Assembly (NCBI GenBank): GCA_029263175.1
Contig: JAJCXZ010000051.1
Coordinates: forward strand, 7-64,006
Direction: 5' to 3'
DNA: 64,000 bases
Source: Acidimicrobiales bacterium
GTDB lineage: Bacteria > Actinomycetota > Acidimicrobiia > Acidimicrobiales > Aldehydirespiratoraceae
This document shows positions 27,512 to 36,823 of this stretch, one piece after another. The notes under the pieces are model-generated. The model did no database searches and was not told the DNA's origin. It saw nothing but the letters and a program-made list of their open reading frames with translations. Position numbers and translations under genes: made by a program. The stretch's first letter is position 1; each line of letters begins with the position of its first letter.

Positions 27512-28366
27512 GTGACACGAATCGGAATCGTCGGTGGCGGCATGGCGGCCACCATGCACGCCGAAGCGGTGCTCAAGACCCGCGCCGCAACGCTGGTCGG
27601 AGTCGGGGGACGCGCCGGGTCGGGGGACGCGCTCGCCGCCGCCGCCGGCGTTCCGTGCCTTGACCTCGAGTCGTTGATCAAGGCCAGCGATGCCCTCGTC
27701 ATCGCATCGCCACCAGCTTCTGTCCCGGAGCTCGTCGTCGCCATTGGGGAACGTGTCCGCGCACTCCTCATCGAGTCACCGCTCCCCCCGTCGATGGCAA
27801 CGCCCACCATCCCGGCAATGACCGCCGCGAACCTTCTGCACTCTCCGGCCGTGCGCTCAGGGCTGGCGGAGATCGCCAAGATGAAACCCCACCATCTTCA
27901 GCTGCGGTCGGCACAGCCACGGCCGACCTGGGGGGCCCACGGCACCGACGGTCACGGCGGTCCACTCCTCGACCCGGGGGCACGCCTGCTCCCGGTGCTC
28001 TTGGCGGCAGCGAGCACCTCGGCGGTGGGGGCAGAGCAGAACGAGGTCGGTTCGGCTGATGATCGCTCCATCAGCATCAACCTCGCCGATGGTCGCACCA
28101 TTGATATGCGCTCATCGTGGGCGGACGGTCCCACCTATGCCGAACTCGAAGCGGCCGATGCCGGTGGCGTCGTCCAGATCTCCTTCTTCCCGTTCCCTCG
28201 GCTTGAAATCGACGGTCGGGCGATCGAACCAGAGGAGATCCCTCCCGTTCAGTCGCTCGGATTCGTCAATCAAATCGAGCGTTTGGTTCGAGTCGCGAAC
28301 GGCGACGCCGAGCCGTGGCTCGCCTTTGCCTCAGGCCAAGGAATCCGCGCTCTGCTCGACCACTGA
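27512..28366 (+). CDS. Gfo/Idh/MocA-like NAD(P)-binding oxidoreductase (weak)
   Basis: GTG 27512 (VTRIGIVGGGMAATMHAEAV) is a Rossmann-type N-terminus. The rest is only loosely family-like. Confidence 0.6.
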   Translation: MTRIGIVGGGMAATMHAEAVLKTRAATLVGVGGRAGSGDALAAAAGVPCLDLESLIKASDALVIASPPASVPELVVAIGERVRALLIESPLPPSMATPTIPAMTAANLLHSPAVRSGLAEIAKMKPHHLQLRSAQPRPTWGAHGTDGHGGPLLDPGARLLPVLLAAASTSAVGAEQNEVGSADDRSISINLADGRTIDMRSSWADGPTYAELEAADAGGVVQISFFPFPRLEIDGRAIEPEEIPPVQSLGFVNQIERLVRVANGDAEPWLAFASGQGIRALLDH

Positions 28367-28373
28367 CCCGGGC

Positions 28374-30164
28374 TCAGCGCTTCGTTATTGCCCGGCGACC
28401 GAGGGTCACCAGGCGCCGATCGATGGTCAGGAATTCGACCACCGGATCCAGCGGAGCGACGGTTGGATCATCGAAGGTGAGTCCGACCTTGGTTTCGCCC
28501 GGGAGTCCGGGTGCGACGTAGGCGATCTGGACCAGGGTTGAGACGTTGCGCCATGACCCACCGGCGTCGGGGATCCGAAACGCCACCGTCGTGACGGTGC
28601 CCACCTCAGGTACAGCATCAGGCAAGCAGGGCAGCGCAACGCCCGCGCCACCGGTGGACAGATCAACGAGCACACCCTCCATCTCCTGAAAGAGGCACGT
28701 CACCAGACCGAGGCGCACCCGATGGTTGAGCCGACGCTGACGACGAGCGGCTGCGTCGAGCAACACCTCCATGCCGGCGCCGATCAAACCGGCCGTGATC
28801 GCGAGTGCGACAGCAGCGGTCTCGGCCGACAGTCGATCGCCCCAGTCTCGCCAGACCGACACCGCGGTGATGCCGACCGCCACGACGAGCACGATCTCGA
28901 CGGCGGCGAGGAGCCGGAGGTTACCGCCCTGCTGATCGCGTTGGGTTCGAAACAGCGACAGATCGACGCTGAGGGTTCGGAGGTCGGATCGGAGTATCGA
29001 GAAGGGCCCGAGCCGACCTCGGCCGAGGAGAAGGTGCACATTCCAACGCAGTAGGTATGCGGGAACCGCGATGATCAGAAGATCGATCGCAGAGGCATCC
29101 AGCGGTTGCTGTCCGAACCCGAGCACCAAGACTGCTGCCGCGGTGAGGAGGAGTCGCTGCACGGCTGCAAGCGGACCGATCAGCGCGACCCGATGCGACT
29201 CGCGCTCGGCGCGGGGCAGGCCACGAACAGGAGCGCCCAGCGCCGCGGCTACCTGTGGGCAAAGCCTCGTATGACGACGACGGAGACTCTCGCCGAGACT
29301 ACGCGGGCCTCGCACTCGGGCCAATGTGATCGGCACGCAGGTGACATGGAAGCCCGCTCGCTGGATGGCTATGCCCCGATCGACATCGGTGTCGGGCCCG
29401 GCCGCTGGGTCATCCTCCGAAGCCACGAACGCCTCTGTGCGGATCAGCACCGGCTCGTGCCCGAACCACGGGATCGACCCCCGGGCGGCGAGCGATGGGC
29501 GAACCACCTGATGTTCGAATGGGGCGAGGGACCAGCGGCCGTTCGGGTCGCGCTCGTACGACGCCGGGTCGGCCTCTTCGATGCCCACCTGCACGACCCC
29601 CACGTCTGGGGCCGCACACACGGGGGCGCACATGGTCACGAGGTCAGGCAGTGGAATATCGCCGGCTCGCAGCCGAAGGACCCATTCCGTCGGTGCTGCC
29701 GCAACCGCCCGAGCGATCGTGACTGACGGATCCATCACGATCGCATCGAAGCGATCGGCCAGGGACCGGAGCCAGCGGGATCCGCTCGAGCCGACGATCG
29801 TGATGCCGTGCGATCCTTCGAGACGGGCGATGGAGATGAGTGACGTTCTCAGCTCGTCGATCGATGCACCAGAAGCATCGACGACCACCGTCAGGTCGGG
29901 TAGGACCGCATCCGGAGCATCGATGGCCGTGACGGGAGTCGACCGGGCGGACCGGATGCGCAGACCGAAGACGACGACCCCGATGATCTCCGCCCCGAGC
30001 AAGACCGCGCCAGAGGCGACGTGAGCACCGTCGAGGGTGGTGAGCGCACGCCAGAGCACATAGGCCGCGCCCCAGAGTCCGGCGACCAGAGCGACCAGCC
30101 GAACAATGCCCTCACGAGTGGGGCTGGGACGCACAAATGGGTCCGCGGGCGAGTCCTGGGCCAT
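28374..30164 (-). CDS. BcsA-like membrane GT2-fold protein with C-terminal PilZ domain; catalytic motifs appear degenerate
   Basis: Start at ATG 30164 (MAQDSPADPF). Order along the chain: TM helices, a GT2-like cytosolic domain, further TM helices, then PilZ with RRQRRLNHR...DLSTGG (RxxxR + DxSxxG). Confidence 0.78.
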   Translation of the reverse strand: MAQDSPADPFVRPSPTREGIVRLVALVAGLWGAAYVLWRALTTLDGAHVASGAVLLGAEIIGVVVFGLRIRSARSTPVTAIDAPDAVLPDLTVVVDASGASIDELRTSLISIARLEGSHGITIVGSSGSRWLRSLADRFDAIVMDPSVTIARAVAAAPTEWVLRLRAGDIPLPDLVTMCAPVCAAPDVGVVQVGIEEADPASYERDPNGRWSLAPFEHQVVRPSLAARGSIPWFGHEPVLIRTEAFVASEDDPAAGPDTDVDRGIAIQRAGFHVTCVPITLARVRGPRSLGESLRRRHTRLCPQVAAALGAPVRGLPRAERESHRVALIGPLAAVQRLLLTAAAVLVLGFGQQPLDASAIDLLIIAVPAYLLRWNVHLLLGRGRLGPFSILRSDLRTLSVDLSLFRTQRDQQGGNLRLLAAVEIVLVVAVGITAVSVWRDWGDRLSAETAAVALAITAGLIGAGMEVLLDAAARRQRRLNHRVRLGLVTCLFQEMEGVLVDLSTGGAGVALPCLPDAVPEVGTVTTVAFRIPDAGGSWRNVSTLVQIAYVAPGLPGETKVGLTFDDPTVAPLDPVVEFLTIDRRLVTLGRRAITKR

Positions 30165-30301
30165 ACCTCTGCCGTTCCAATCGAAACTGTCCCTAGTCCG
30201 ATCGGGATCCGGCAGCTGTTGTTGAGGACCTCGACGTTTCGGCGAAGTCTTGGTCCATTCGCACCATGTAACGGGGACAGATGCCGGATTGATCACGATG
30301 G

Positions 30302-32164
30302 TTGACCGATTCTTTGCCAGACTCGGCGGATGAACACCACAGCTTTCTTCCGATGAGCGGCCTCTACGCCGCTATCGCCCCGACCGACTGCACAGTGGTG
30401 GTCGTCAACGTCGCTGTCGGCGACGACGTCCGCGCCGGCTCAACCGTTGCCATCGTCGAGATGATGAAGATCGAGCACCTCGTCAATGCGCCGGTCGACG
30501 GGCGCGTCGACTCGGTGGCTGTCGATGCAGGTCAGGTGCTCGCGAAGGGCCAGGTCATCCTCGAGGTGCTCCAGGGCGCTGTGGCGATGGCCCGACCTGA
30601 CGATGATGGTGACGGCTCCGCTCAGGAGCGTGTCGACCTCGGCGAGCTCTACGAGCGACGGGCGTTGCTGGCCGACGACGCCCGCCCCGAAGCCATCGCC
30701 AAGATCCACTCGCGGGGCCGCCGCACGGCGCGGGAGAACGTCGCTGACCTCGTGGATCCTGGCAGCTTCGACGAGTACGGCGGGTTCATGTACGCCGCCC
30801 AACGCCGTCGTCGCGACGTGGAGGACCTCATGGCCAACACGCCGGGCGACGGGATCATCGGCGGTCTCGCGCGGATCAACGGCGACCTGTTCGACAACGC
30901 CGCCTGCGCGGTCATGTCCTACGACTACACGGTGCTCGCCGGCACCCAGGGGTTCCGGGGCCATGAGAAGAAGGACCGTCTGCTCGAAGTCGTCGATCGG
31001 CTCGAGTGCCCCCTCATCCTCTTCGCCGAGGGCGGTGGTGGTCGCCCCGGCGACACCGATCAGCCGTGGATCGCCGGCCTTCACCTCATGTCGTTCGCGT
31101 GGATGGCGCGGCTGAGCGGGAAGGTGCCGTCAATCGCCATCGTCTCCGGACGCTGTTTTGCCGGAAACGCTGCGCTGGCCGCGGTCGCCGACGTCATCAT
31201 CGCCACCGAGGATGCCAACCTCGGGATGGCCGGGCCGGCAATGATCGAAGGCGGCGGTCTCGGAATCTTTGCCCCTGAAGACATCGGGCCGGTCGATGTA
31301 CAGACCGAGAACGGCGTCATCGACATCCTCGTGAGCGACGACGCCGCCGCGGTCGCTGCCGCCAAACGCTACGTGTCGTACTTCCAAGGCACGATGGGCA
31401 GCTGGGAAAGCCATGACCAGACCGGTATGCGCGACGTGGTGCCCGAGAACAGGAAGCGGATCTACGACGTTCGCCGAGCTGTCGAACTCTTGAGCGATAT
31501 CGACAGCGTGACAGAGCTGCGTCCCACTTTCGGGTGTTCGATCGTGACGGCGCTGGCACGGATCGAAGGACGCCCGGTTGGCATCATCGCCAACGATCCC
31601 GGTCATCTCGGCGGCGCGATCGACAGCGACAGCGCTGACAAGGCGGCCCGCTTCATGCAGCTCTGCGACGCTCACGGTCTCGCACTCGTCTCGCTGTGCG
31701 ACACCCCGGGGTTCATGGTCGGACCCGAAGCCGAGAAGACGGCACAGGTTCGCCACTTCGGCCGAATGTTCGTGACCGGCGCCAGCCTCGAAGTGCCGCT
31801 CGTGACCATCATTCTCCGCAAGGCCGTCGGGCTCGGCGCCATGGCGATGGCCGGCGGCTCGTTCCACGGCACCCTGCTCAGTGCCGCCTGGCCAACGGGT
31901 GAACTCAGCGGCATGGGGATTGAGGGTGCAGTGACCCTGGGTGCTCGCCGCCAACTCGAAGCGATCGACGATCCCGGCGAACGGTCGGCCGCCTACGACG
32001 AGAAGGTCGCGGCGATGTACGAATGGTCAAAGGCGCTGAACGGGGCCAGTCATGGCGAGATCGATGATGTGATCGACCCGTCGGAGACACGTTCCCGTAT
32101 CGCGAATATCTTGCGTGCCGCTCCCCGGAGCAAGGGCACCCGGTCGATGGTGGATACCTGGTAG
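30302..32164 (+). CDS. biotin carboxyl carrier (biotinyl) domain fused to an acyl-CoA carboxyltransferase domain
   Basis: The N-terminus has VGDDVRAGSTVAIVEMMKIEHLVNAPVDGRV (an xMKx biotinylation motif). The rest is PccB/AccD-type carboxyltransferase (two crotonase-like halves, GGARIQEG-like region, AWPTGELSGMG). The start is uncertain: TTG 30302 or ATG 30353. Confidence 0.87.
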   Translation: MTDSLPDSADEHHSFLPMSGLYAAIAPTDCTVVVVNVAVGDDVRAGSTVAIVEMMKIEHLVNAPVDGRVDSVAVDAGQVLAKGQVILEVLQGAVAMARPDDDGDGSAQERVDLGELYERRALLADDARPEAIAKIHSRGRRTARENVADLVDPGSFDEYGGFMYAAQRRRRDVEDLMANTPGDGIIGGLARINGDLFDNAACAVMSYDYTVLAGTQGFRGHEKKDRLLEVVDRLECPLILFAEGGGGRPGDTDQPWIAGLHLMSFAWMARLSGKVPSIAIVSGRCFAGNAALAAVADVIIATEDANLGMAGPAMIEGGGLGIFAPEDIGPVDVQTENGVIDILVSDDAAAVAAAKRYVSYFQGTMGSWESHDQTGMRDVVPENRKRIYDVRRAVELLSDIDSVTELRPTFGCSIVTALARIEGRPVGIIANDPGHLGGAIDSDSADKAARFMQLCDAHGLALVSLCDTPGFMVGPEAEKTAQVRHFGRMFVTGASLEVPLVTIILRKAVGLGAMAMAGGSFHGTLLSAAWPTGELSGMGIEGAVTLGARRQLEAIDDPGERSAAYDEKVAAMYEWSKALNGASHGEIDDVIDPSETRSRIANILRAAPRSKGTRSMVDTW

Positions 32165-32172
32165 CAGTTGGT

Positions 32173-33168
32173 TCAGCCGCGCCGGCGCCGACGCCCGCCG
32201 CGTGCGTTCGCGGGCTCGGCGCGCTCGCTGGGCAGCTCGAGGTCGACTTCCGGAACCTCGATCGTGCCGTCGATCACGCCGCGGATCGCACGAATGTGAT
32301 CGGGCGTATTGCCACAGCATCCGCCGATGATGGGCACACCGGCCGCGCGCATTCGGTGAGCGTGGGCAGCCATCACATCGGGCGTGCCGCTGTAGACCAA
32401 TTCGGTCCCGTGCCATTGGGGGACTCCCGCATTGGCCTTCGAGATGACCAGCACATGCGGAGCGGCAGCCATGATTTCGGCCACCGCAGCTTCGGTGTCG
32501 GCGAGGTTGTTGCCACAGTTGGCCCCGATCGCCACGACACCGAGATCGGCAAGCCGCTTGCCGGCATCGGTGCCCGTGACACCCATCATCGTGCGGCCTG
32601 CCGTGTCGAAGCTCAGCGTGATACAGATCGGAAGCGAGGATCTCGATTGAGCACCGAGCACCGCCGCTTCGGCTTCTTCGAGCGAGCTCATCGTCTCGAT
32701 CCACAAGACGTCGGCGCCGCCCTCGGTGAGGCCTTGGGCCTGGTCGGCGAACGCGGCGGCCGCATCCGTGGCTTCAAGCGTTCCCAGCGGAACCAGGAGC
32801 TCACCGGTCGGACCGATGCTGCCGGCGACCACGATTCGCTTCTCGACCGCATCGACAACCGTGCGGGCGTGGCGAGCGGCCTCACGATTGATCTCCACGA
32901 CCCGGTCCTGCAAACCGTGGAGCATCAGGCGGTAGGAGCTACCGCCGAACGTGTTGGTCAAGATGATGTCGCTACCAGCGTCGACATATGCCTGATGCAG
33001 TCCGTAGACGGCGTCACGGCGTTCGAGATTCATGCGCTCAGGAGCGTCGCCGGCCTCGAGCCCGCGAGCGAAGAGTTCGGTGCCGGTGGCGCCGTCGATG
33101 ACGAGCGTTCCGCGGTCGTCCAACAGTTCGTGCAGGATCGTCTTTGCAGCGTTCTTGTGCGCGTCCAT
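32173..33168 (-). CDS. homocysteine S-methyltransferase domain protein
   Basis: 331-aa ORF with LVIDGATGTEL, ILTNTFG, GANCG and IIGGCCGNTPDHIRAI (Zn-Cys motifs). It ends in an Arg-rich tail. Confidence 0.87.
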   Translation of the reverse strand: MDAHKNAAKTILHELLDDRGTLVIDGATGTELFARGLEAGDAPERMNLERRDAVYGLHQAYVDAGSDIILTNTFGGSSYRLMLHGLQDRVVEINREAARHARTVVDAVEKRIVVAGSIGPTGELLVPLGTLEATDAAAAFADQAQGLTEGGADVLWIETMSSLEEAEAAVLGAQSRSSLPICITLSFDTAGRTMMGVTGTDAGKRLADLGVVAIGANCGNNLADTEAAVAEIMAAAPHVLVISKANAGVPQWHGTELVYSGTPDVMAAHAHRMRAAGVPIIGGCCGNTPDHIRAIRGVIDGTIEVPEVDLELPSERAEPANARGGRRRRRG

Positions 33169-33210
33169 TGCACCTAACGCTACAACTCGGCAGACGGCTA
33201 AGGGGCCGCT

Positions 33211-34761
33211 CTAGGAGGGTTGGTCGCGTAGCTCTCGGCGGAGAATCTTGCCCGCCGCGCTCTTGGGGATCACATCGGTCATCTCGAGAAGGCGAATCTG
33301 CTTGTAGCTCACGAGGTGTTCACCGACAAAGGCCTGGACTTCGTCGAGGGTCAACGAGGCCCCCGGAGCCAGCACGACAAAGGCCTTGGGGAGTTCACCG
33401 GCGGCTTCATCAGGCACGCCGATCACGGCGACGTCGGCCACGGCCGGATGCGTGATGAGCAGGGCCTCGAGCTCCGCAGGCGGGACCTGGAAGCCGTTGT
33501 ACTTGATGAGCTCCTTGATGCGGTCAACAATCGAGTAGTGGCCCTCCTCATCGAGCAGAGCGACATCGCCGGTGTGGAGCCAGCCATCACTGTCGATCGT
33601 CTCGGCTGTGGCTTCGTCGTTGTTCAAGTAGCCCTTCATGACCATCGGACCACGAACCCAGAGCTCGCCTCTGCCACCGGCAGTTTGATCCTCGCCGGTC
33701 TCGGGATCAACGATCCTGCACTCGACGTTGGAAACCGCGACGCCACTGGTGCCGGGTCGGCTGATTCCTTCCGGAGTCGCATGGGAGACGGGGCTGAGCT
33801 CGGTCATCCCGTACCCTTGCACCACCTGGCAGCCGACTCGCCGAGATGCTTCCTCCTGGAGTTCCGCGCCGAGCGGGGCTGCGCCGCAGAAGATCTGGAC
33901 GAGCGACGAGAGGTCGAAGTCGTCGACGATCGGGGCCTTGGCCAGCCCGAGCACCATCGGCGGGACGGCGAAGAATCGAGTGACCTTCTGTTCCTGGCAA
34001 AGTGTGAGGGCCTCGACCATGTCGAAGCGAGGCATGGTGAGGACTGTGCCCCCGTTTGCCAGGACGCCGTTCATCAGTACTTGCATGCCATAGATGTGAA
34101 AGAACGGGAGCACAGCCAGCGCGACCTCGTTGTCGCCATAGACGATCACGTGCTCCATTTGGCAGACGTTGGCCACCAGGTTGCGATGGGTGAGCATCAC
34201 ACCCTTCGGCAGCCCGGTCGTGCCCGATGAGTACGGCAGCACCATCACGTTGTCGGACGGATCCACCGGACGTTGGTCGATCGGTTCGCCCATGATGTCG
34301 TCGAGCGATGGGGCGCCATCGGCACCGCCGATGACGACGATCTCGGTGACCGCGGTCCCTTCGATTGCTTCTTGAGCCACCTCGTAGAACATCGGGATGG
34401 TGATGAGCATGGTGGCGCCGGCGTCGATGAGCTGGAACCGCACCTCTTCGGCCCCGTAGGTGGGGTTGATCGTCGTGAGGGTGGCCGCCGCCGTCGCCAC
34501 GCCGTGGAACACGACGGCGTACTCCGGCATATTGGGCGCCATGATTCCGATGGTGCCGCCGTCGCTCAGGCCGCGGGCCTGCAGGCCACCGGCCAGGCGG
34601 CGTACGGAGTCACGAAGCTCGGCGAATGTGTAGCTGGTGGCACCTCCATCGGAGATGGCCGGTCGATCGGGACTGATGTCGGCATAGCGCAGGACGTAGT
34701 CGGAGACGGCAACGTCCGGAATCTCAACGGTGGGCAGCGAACTCTGATGAATGATCGTCAC
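33211..34761 (-). CDS. AMP-dependent synthetase/ligase (acyl- or 4-coumarate-CoA ligase-like)
   Basis: 516-aa ORF with LPYSSGTTGLPKGVMLTHRNL, QGYGMTE, GWLHTGD and a PKSAAGKILRREL C-terminus. Confidence 0.92.
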   Translation of the reverse strand: MTIIHQSSLPTVEIPDVAVSDYVLRYADISPDRPAISDGGATSYTFAELRDSVRRLAGGLQARGLSDGGTIGIMAPNMPEYAVVFHGVATAAATLTTINPTYGAEEVRFQLIDAGATMLITIPMFYEVAQEAIEGTAVTEIVVIGGADGAPSLDDIMGEPIDQRPVDPSDNVMVLPYSSGTTGLPKGVMLTHRNLVANVCQMEHVIVYGDNEVALAVLPFFHIYGMQVLMNGVLANGGTVLTMPRFDMVEALTLCQEQKVTRFFAVPPMVLGLAKAPIVDDFDLSSLVQIFCGAAPLGAELQEEASRRVGCQVVQGYGMTELSPVSHATPEGISRPGTSGVAVSNVECRIVDPETGEDQTAGGRGELWVRGPMVMKGYLNNDEATAETIDSDGWLHTGDVALLDEEGHYSIVDRIKELIKYNGFQVPPAELEALLITHPAVADVAVIGVPDEAAGELPKAFVVLAPGASLTLDEVQAFVGEHLVSYKQIRLLEMTDVIPKSAAGKILRRELRDQPS

Positions 34762-34818
34762 GATCGGAGCGTAGTCGCATGTCCTTCATCTCTGTCCAAC
34801 GGTGCCGACGAAGACAGA

Positions 34819-35217
34819 GTGACCGATGCCGACGGCCTTGATCGTCTACTCCCTCGCCACGACGCCCGCGCTGCGCTCGAGATCGAATGGGATCTGAGGC
34901 CGGCGCGACGCGTGCTCAATCGCGGCAAAGAAGCCAGCGTTCCGGGGCTGGTACACGACATCTCACTCGAGGGAGCGCTGGTCCAAGTACTCGAAGCCGA
35001 TGGTCGCGAGGTCGGCGCCGAACTCCGGATTCGCGTGCTCGGAATCACCGGGCATGCCTCGATCCGGCACGCTCGGAAGGCACCCGCCGGCGGCGGCATC
35101 CTCTATGGGATTCGCTTCCGCGGCGGGCCGCCGTTCGAGCAGGCGATCTCCGACGCGGTCACCGCGTTCCGTGAGAACAACAGCGGTCTCCGTGAGCGCT
35201 GGGAAGATCAGCGCTGA
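34819..35217 (+). CDS. stand-alone PilZ domain protein (132 aa)
   Basis: GTG 34819 is the only in-frame start outside the antisense overlap with the ligase gene. RHDAR (RxxxR) is followed about 30 aa later by DISLEGA (DxSxxG). Confidence 0.68.
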   Translation: MTDADGLDRLLPRHDARAALEIEWDLRPARRVLNRGKEASVPGLVHDISLEGALVQVLEADGREVGAELRIRVLGITGHASIRHARKAPAGGGILYGIRFRGGPPFEQAISDAVTAFRENNSGLRERWEDQR

Positions 35218-35249
35218 CACAAACCCGGCGCAGGAAGTAGACTTGCGCC

Positions 35250-35597
35250 ATGGCAACACGGCGCACGCTCCGGTCCCGGTTCATGGACCTCTTCGCTGAG
35301 GTGCGAGCGCGCCGCGCCGGGCGAATGCGCTATTCGTCAACCCAAACCCGGGCCATTCGGCATGTCGCCGGCCCCACGGGCTTCCTCGCCCAGAACACTC
35401 TCGGGCCCGCCACCAAAGGCGCTGAAGCGTTCGGCAAGTCGTTCGAACCCCGGATTCCTCCCAGCATCTTCATCAGCCACGCCGATGCGCTGCGGCGCGG
35501 GATCATCGTGCCCGTCCGCGAGCGTTGTATCGAGGATTGGCAGAGGCCGATCAAATACACCGATCCCCACGACGAGATGAGCGACGACCTCAGCTGA
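35250..35597 (+). CDS. hypothetical protein (115 aa)
   Basis: ORF with GC3 that looks high by eye and no domain. Its 3' end overlaps the convergent P450 stop by 8 nt. Confidence 0.4.
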   Translation: MATRRTLRSRFMDLFAEVRARRAGRMRYSSTQTRAIRHVAGPTGFLAQNTLGPATKGAEAFGKSFEPRIPPSIFISHADALRRGIIVPVRERCIEDWQRPIKYTDPHDEMSDDLS

Positions 35598-36810
35598 GGT
35601 CCAACACCAGCTTTTCGAGACCGCGCAGGTTGATTCGGCCATTCCATTCCGGATCACCCACGATCGTTGCTCCGGCGAACCGGTCGACGAACGACGCGAT
35701 CGCCACCTCAGCTTCCAGCTTCGCCAGCGATGCCCCCAGGCAATAGTGCACGCCTGACCCGAACGAAACGTGCTGCGACGCGTTGGCGCGACCGAGATCG
35801 AGCGTCTCGCCGTCGAGACCCCAGAACTCGGGATCACGATTGGCCGAGGCCAACGAGCAGAGCACAAATGATCCTTTGGGGATCTGACGTCCTCGGATCT
35901 CGAGGTCACTCGTGGCAATCCGGCGGGTGATTTGGACTGGGGCGACATAGCGCAACAGTTCCTCGACCGCATTGGTCATGAGCGAGGGGTCAGCAACCAG
36001 CCGGGTGAGTTGATCAGGATGGCGGAGGAGTTCGTAGATACCGGTGCCGATCAGGTTCACCGTCGTCTCGTGGCCGGCGATGAACAGCAGCGATACCTGA
36101 TCCCGCAACTCACCGGCGCTCATCCGGTCGCCGTCATCCTCGGCGTCGATCAATGCAGTCAGGAGATCGTCGGCGGGATTGGCACGCTTCCACTCGATGA
36201 CGTCGGCGATCAATCGGTTCATGTTGCGAGAGGCGTCCGCCGCCGCGATCACTTCGTCTTCGGTGATCACCGGGTCGATGGTCTTCACGATTGCCGCTGA
36301 CCAATCTCGGATCTGAGCCTTGTCGCTGTCGGGCATGCCGAGCATTTCGCTGATCACGTCGAACGGAAGCGGGAAGGCCAGACCGGTGACGAGGTCGGCC
36401 TGCCCATCGGCACCCATGGCGTCCAACGCTTCGTCGACCAGCCGTTGGATCAGCGGCCGGAGCTGTTCGACGGTGCGTGGCGTGAAGGCCTTGCTGACAA
36501 GACGACGGAGTCGGGTGTGGTCCGGTGGATCGATGTTGAGGATCGACCGGTTCGGTTCCAGGTCACTCGCGTGTTCGTCGAACATCGCCGTGCGTGCCAT
36601 CTCATCGAGGTTCGCCTTGGCGTCATCGACGCTCAGCGAGGGGTCACGCAACAGGGCGAAGATGTCGTCATGACGGAAGAGACCCCACTGCCCGGTGAAC
36701 AGGTGGTGCACAGGATCCGACGAGCGTAGCTCTGCCAGATGGGGCCACGGGTTCTCGATGTAGCCCTCTTGGAGGGGGTTGAACATCACTGGTTCCTGAT
36801 CGACAGCCAC
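35590..36810 (-). CDS. cytochrome P450
   Basis: It has FIAGHETT (I-helix), ELLR (ExxR) and FGSGVHYCLGASLA (heme Cys loop). The start is GTG 36810 or ATG 36786. Confidence 0.93.
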   Translation of the reverse strand: MAVDQEPVMFNPLQEGYIENPWPHLAELRSSDPVHHLFTGQWGLFRHDDIFALLRDPSLSVDDAKANLDEMARTAMFDEHASDLEPNRSILNIDPPDHTRLRRLVSKAFTPRTVEQLRPLIQRLVDEALDAMGADGQADLVTGLAFPLPFDVISEMLGMPDSDKAQIRDWSAAIVKTIDPVITEDEVIAAADASRNMNRLIADVIEWKRANPADDLLTALIDAEDDGDRMSAGELRDQVSLLFIAGHETTVNLIGTGIYELLRHPDQLTRLVADPSLMTNAVEELLRYVAPVQITRRIATSDLEIRGRQIPKGSFVLCSLASANRDPEFWGLDGETLDLGRANASQHVSFGSGVHYCLGASLAKLEAEVAIASFVDRFAGATIVGDPEWNGRINLRGLEKLVLDLS

Positions 36811-36823
36811 CCTCGGACCTTAG

